Assembly (NCBI GenBank): GCA_016192455.1
Contig: JACPUC010000003.1
Location: forward strand, 1-64,000
Source of the DNA: Candidatus Tectimicrobiota bacterium
Lineage (GTDB): Bacteria; JACPUC01
Direction: 5' to 3'
DNA length: 64,000 bases
Shown here: one piece after another, positions 60,663 through 64,000 of the stretch
How the letters are laid out: every line of letters starts with the position of its first letter
How positions within the stretch are numbered: position 1 is the first letter of the stretch
Made by a program: the position numbers and the translations under genes
The notes under the pieces: model-generated
Databases searched by the model: none
What the model saw: only the letters and a program-made list of their open reading frames with translations
What the model was told of the DNA's origin: nothing

Positions 60663-60788
60663 GCACCCCCATGACGCGAACTGCCGCGCAGCTCGCGGGT
60701 ATGGAGGTGTGCGCGGGAGCACGGGCGCCCCACAAGAAATGGAACATGCCAGGCAGCAAATCCGCCAGTGAACTGTTGAGACCTCACC

Positions 60789-62297
60789 CTAGTACTTCAG
60801 CCGCCGCACCGTCGTCCCCAGCCCGGCGAAGCGTCCGTTGTCGCTGCACTCCAGGCGTTTGGCGTGCCAGTCGAGGCTGCGCTCGACGCGCTGCGGGATG
60901 TTGAAGGCCGGCAGGTCGGCGTCCTGCCAGCTCTCGTAGGCCTTCCACATCAGGTGCTTCGGCGGCAGCGACAGGTCGGTGTAGGAGTGGCCGATCTTGT
61001 GCGTGGCGTCGAGGATGAGCTTGCCGCCCATGCCCCGCTCGTCGCGCGAGGGGTCCATGAAGAAGGTGAAGCAGTCGTCGATGATCGTCACGTCCGTGGC
61101 CGGGTTCACCAGGGAGTTGTGGACCCAGTCGAGGTGTTGCTGGTAGCGGATGTCGATGCCCGTATCGACGACGGTGATGATCTTGAAGTGGGTGATCTCC
61201 GCCAGCAGGCGCCCCACCCTCTTGGCATGGCCCGGGTACATCGGCGTCATCTGCACCACGGCGTGGCCCAGCATGCCGCCGTGCGTCTGGGTCAGCGCCA
61301 CGTCGGTCACCGTCTGCTCGCCGAAGTGCGTCACAAGCTGCCAGTGCGCCATGCACTCGTTCGCCTGCCCCTGGATCATCGTGCTCTCGCTCGGCGGGCA
61401 CTGGCTGATGTAGCCGTAGTAAATCGGGTCCCGGCGATGCGTGATGGCGGTGACCTCGAACCAGATGCGGTCGGCGGACGTGCCCATGTAGCCGAGGAAC
61501 TCGCCGAAGCCGTCCTCCACCATGCGCCCGGTGGGGTGCAGCAGCCCCTCGACGACGATCTCGGCGTGCGCCGGCACCAGGATATCGACCGTCTTCCCCC
61601 GCACCACCTCGATCGGCTCCCCCTTCAGGGCGCCGGCGACATGAAGCTCGTCCATCCCCTTCGGCAGGGCGGCCGAGGTGGCCAGGTGCACCGCCGGCTC
61701 GCAGCCGATGGCCACCGCAACCGGCGCCGGCTCGCCGTGGACGGCGTAGGACTCGTAGTTCTGGTAGCCCTGGCGGCCCGGGTTGGTGTTGAAAGTGATC
61801 TGGTTCTTCGACTGCACCTGGCAGCGGTAGGTGCCGATGTTCTGCACGCCGCTGTCGCGGTCGCGGGTGATGCAGCAGGCGGTGATGCAGGGGCGCTTGT
61901 CCTTCTCCGGCGTCCAGGTCGGCACCGGCAGGTAGGAGAGGTCCACCTTCTCCTTGGGGATGACGACCTCATGCACCGGGCCGCTGGCGACTGTCTTCGG
62001 CGCCAAGGGCTGGGAGAGGACGCGCAGCCAGGTGTCATGAATCTTCTCCGGGGGAGTGCCGAGGGCCAGGGCGTAGACATCCCGCGAGGCGCCGACGAGG
62101 GCGGTGCCCACCGACATCGAGGTCCCCTTGACGTTCTCGAACAGCAGCCCGAAGCGGCGGTCCTCCGGGAAGCCCTGGTAAATCCAGCGCGCCATGCAGG
62201 AGACCTCCCAGCTCGGATCAACCTGCCGCTTCACCCGGCGCAGCTTGCCATTCTCTTCCAGCACCCTCAGGTAGTCGCGCAGATCCTTGTACGCCAT
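60789..62297 (-). CDS. UbiD-family (prFMN) decarboxylase, paralog 2
   Basis: YKDLRDYL, NIGTYR, PAHAEIVVEG, EDGFGEFLGY. Confidence 0.9.
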   Translation of the reverse strand: MAYKDLRDYLRVLEENGKLRRVKRQVDPSWEVSCMARWIYQGFPEDRRFGLLFENVKGTSMSVGTALVGASRDVYALALGTPPEKIHDTWLRVLSQPLAPKTVASGPVHEVVIPKEKVDLSYLPVPTWTPEKDKRPCITACCITRDRDSGVQNIGTYRCQVQSKNQITFNTNPGRQGYQNYESYAVHGEPAPVAVAIGCEPAVHLATSAALPKGMDELHVAGALKGEPIEVVRGKTVDILVPAHAEIVVEGLLHPTGRMVEDGFGEFLGYMGTSADRIWFEVTAITHRRDPIYYGYISQCPPSESTMIQGQANECMAHWQLVTHFGEQTVTDVALTQTHGGMLGHAVVQMTPMYPGHAKRVGRLLAEITHFKIITVVDTGIDIRYQQHLDWVHNSLVNPATDVTIIDDCFTFFMDPSRDERGMGGKLILDATHKIGHSYTDLSLPPKHLMWKAYESWQDADLPAFNIPQRVERSLDWHAKRLECSDNGRFAGLGTTVRRLKY

Positions 62298-62437
62298 CGC
62301 CATCATCCTCTGCGAGAAGGTGAACCGCGTCGCCGGCTGCTGAGTGCCGCACCCCTGTCCCTCTCCCCTCCGTCCTCCGGTCATGCCACCCCCGTCCCCC
62401 ACCCTCGAGGGCAGCGGCGGAGGCGGCGCCGCCAGCC

Positions 62438-63919
62438 CTAGCCCAGGCCGAGGAAGCGCCCCTTCTCGGAGCGCTCAAGTCGCCGGGCGTGCCAGTCGAG
62501 GCTGTGCTCGACGCGCTGCGGGATGTTGAAGGCCGGCAGGTCGGTATCTTGCCAGCTCTCATACGCTTTCCAGAGCAGGTGCTTGGGGGGAAGCGAGAGG
62601 TCCGTGTAGGAGTGGCCGATCTTGTGCGTGGCGTCAAGGACCATCTTGCCGCTCCTGCCCGCCGCATCCTGGGAGGGATCGAAGAACATGCAGGCATCCT
62701 TGATGATCACTACGTCCGTGGCCGGGTTGATGAGAGAGTTCCAGACCCAGTCGAGATGTTGCTGGTAGCGGACATCGATGCCCGTGTCGACCAGGGTGAC
62801 CATCTTGATGTGGCTCATCTCGCAGACCAGGCGGCCGACCTTCTTGGCATGGCCGCCGTAGAGCGGCGTCATCTGCACCACGGCGTGCCCCATGAGGCCC
62901 CCATGGGTCTGGTTGATGGCGACGTCGGTCACCGTCTGCTCGCCGAACACATCGATGAGCTGCCAGTGGATGACGCACTCGTTCGCCTGGCCCTGGATCA
63001 TCGTGCTCTCGCTCGGCGGGCACTGGCTGGTGTAGCCGTAGTAAATCGGGTTCCGGCGGTGCGTGATGGCGGTGACCTCGAACCAGATGCGCTCCGCGGC
63101 GTGGCCCATGTAGCCGGCGAACTCGCCGAAGCCGCCCTCGACCATGCGCCCGGTGGGGTGCAGCAGCCCCTCGACGACGATCTCGGCGTGCGCCGGCACC
63201 AGGATATCGACCGTCTTCCCCCGCACCACCTCGATCGGCTCTCCCTTCAGGGCGCCGGCGACGTGCATCTCGTCCATCCCCTTCGGCAGGGCCGCCGAGG
63301 TGGCCAGGTGCACCGCCGGCTCGCAGCCGATGGCCACCGCAACCGGCGCCGCCTCGCCGCGCGCGGCGTAGGACTCGTAGTTCTGGTAACCCTGCCGGCC
63401 GGGGTTCGTGTTCAGGGTGATCTGGTTCTTCGACTGCACCTGGCAGCGGTAGGTGCCGATGTTCTGCACGCCGCTGTCGCGGTCGCGGGTGATGACGCAG
63501 GCGGTGATGCAGGGCGTCACGTCTTTCCCCGGCGTCCAGGTCGGCACCGGCAGGGAGGTGAGGTCCACCTTCTCCTTGGGGATGACCACCTCGTGCGCCG
63601 GGCCGGAATTGACGAGCTTCGGGGGCAGCGGGTTGCGCAAGGCGCGCAGCCAGGTGTCGTGGATCTTCTCCGGCGTGGCGCCCATCGCCAGGGCGTAGAC
63701 ATCCCGCGAGGCGCCGATGAGCGCCGTGCCGACGGACATCGAGCTTCCCTTGACGTTCTCGAACAGCAGCCCGAAGCGGCGGTCCTCCGGGAAGCCCTGG
63801 TAAACCCAGCGCGCCATGCAGGAGAGCTCCCAGCTCGGATCGACCTGCCGCTTCACCCGGCGCAGCTTGCCGTGCGACTCGAGCAGGCCGAGGTAGTCAC
63901 GCAAATCTCGGTAGGCCAT
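62438..63919 (-). CDS. UbiD-family (prFMN) decarboxylase, paralog 1
   Basis: YRDLRDYL, NIGTYR, PAHAEIVVEG, EGGFGEFAGY. Confidence 0.9.
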   Translation of the reverse strand: MAYRDLRDYLGLLESHGKLRRVKRQVDPSWELSCMARWVYQGFPEDRRFGLLFENVKGSSMSVGTALIGASRDVYALAMGATPEKIHDTWLRALRNPLPPKLVNSGPAHEVVIPKEKVDLTSLPVPTWTPGKDVTPCITACVITRDRDSGVQNIGTYRCQVQSKNQITLNTNPGRQGYQNYESYAARGEAAPVAVAIGCEPAVHLATSAALPKGMDEMHVAGALKGEPIEVVRGKTVDILVPAHAEIVVEGLLHPTGRMVEGGFGEFAGYMGHAAERIWFEVTAITHRRNPIYYGYTSQCPPSESTMIQGQANECVIHWQLIDVFGEQTVTDVAINQTHGGLMGHAVVQMTPLYGGHAKKVGRLVCEMSHIKMVTLVDTGIDVRYQQHLDWVWNSLINPATDVVIIKDACMFFDPSQDAAGRSGKMVLDATHKIGHSYTDLSLPPKHLLWKAYESWQDTDLPAFNIPQRVEHSLDWHARRLERSEKGRFLGLG

Positions 63920-64000
63920 GGCTCATCACCTCATGGAGTGGGTTCATCGAGCTGGTGCGTCCCTGTGACCGTGTACCACTTACCAAGTTCGGCGCCTCGG

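Overview
High-GC bacterial chromosomal window with two parts. (1) About 0.9-16.5 kb is a visibly lower-GC island flanked by a 20-bp direct repeat (GTGAGGTAGCCGCAGGGGCA at 912-931 and 16511-16530) that splits a comM/yifB gene at its CPCG-encoding motif. The island carries an XRE-HTH gene, an AT-hook protein, an ISL3 remnant, a sensor kinase and sigma54 activator pair, and a consensus sigma54 promoter. Behind that promoter lies a candidate new RiPP gene cluster: GNAT acetyltransferase, GT4 glycosyltransferase, a 63-aa precursor ending GFCGCGCGCGCGA, an antisense orphan family-5 solute-binding protein, a DUF692/MNIO enzyme, a DUF2063-like partner, an ABC exporter with an in-frame TGA, and a radical SAM/SPASM enzyme. 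(2) The rest is host backbone: an FNR-box-preceded NnrS/ScdA module, a GAF/HD-GYP gene with a sigma54 promoter, pepP, rubredoxin, an SDR, a PaaK/molybdoenzyme module, ygfZ, ribokinase, a TPP enzyme, HIT, larE and a partial larC, argH-lysA-dapL-folK-dNK-panBCD with an attenuator-like leader, thrC, an M16 peptidase pair, a kinase-dCMP deaminase fusion, dtd, REP-like palindromes and two tandem UbiD paralogs. Two single-gene low-GC restriction/modification-type inserts are also present. All family calls come from motifs recognised by eye; no database searches were run.
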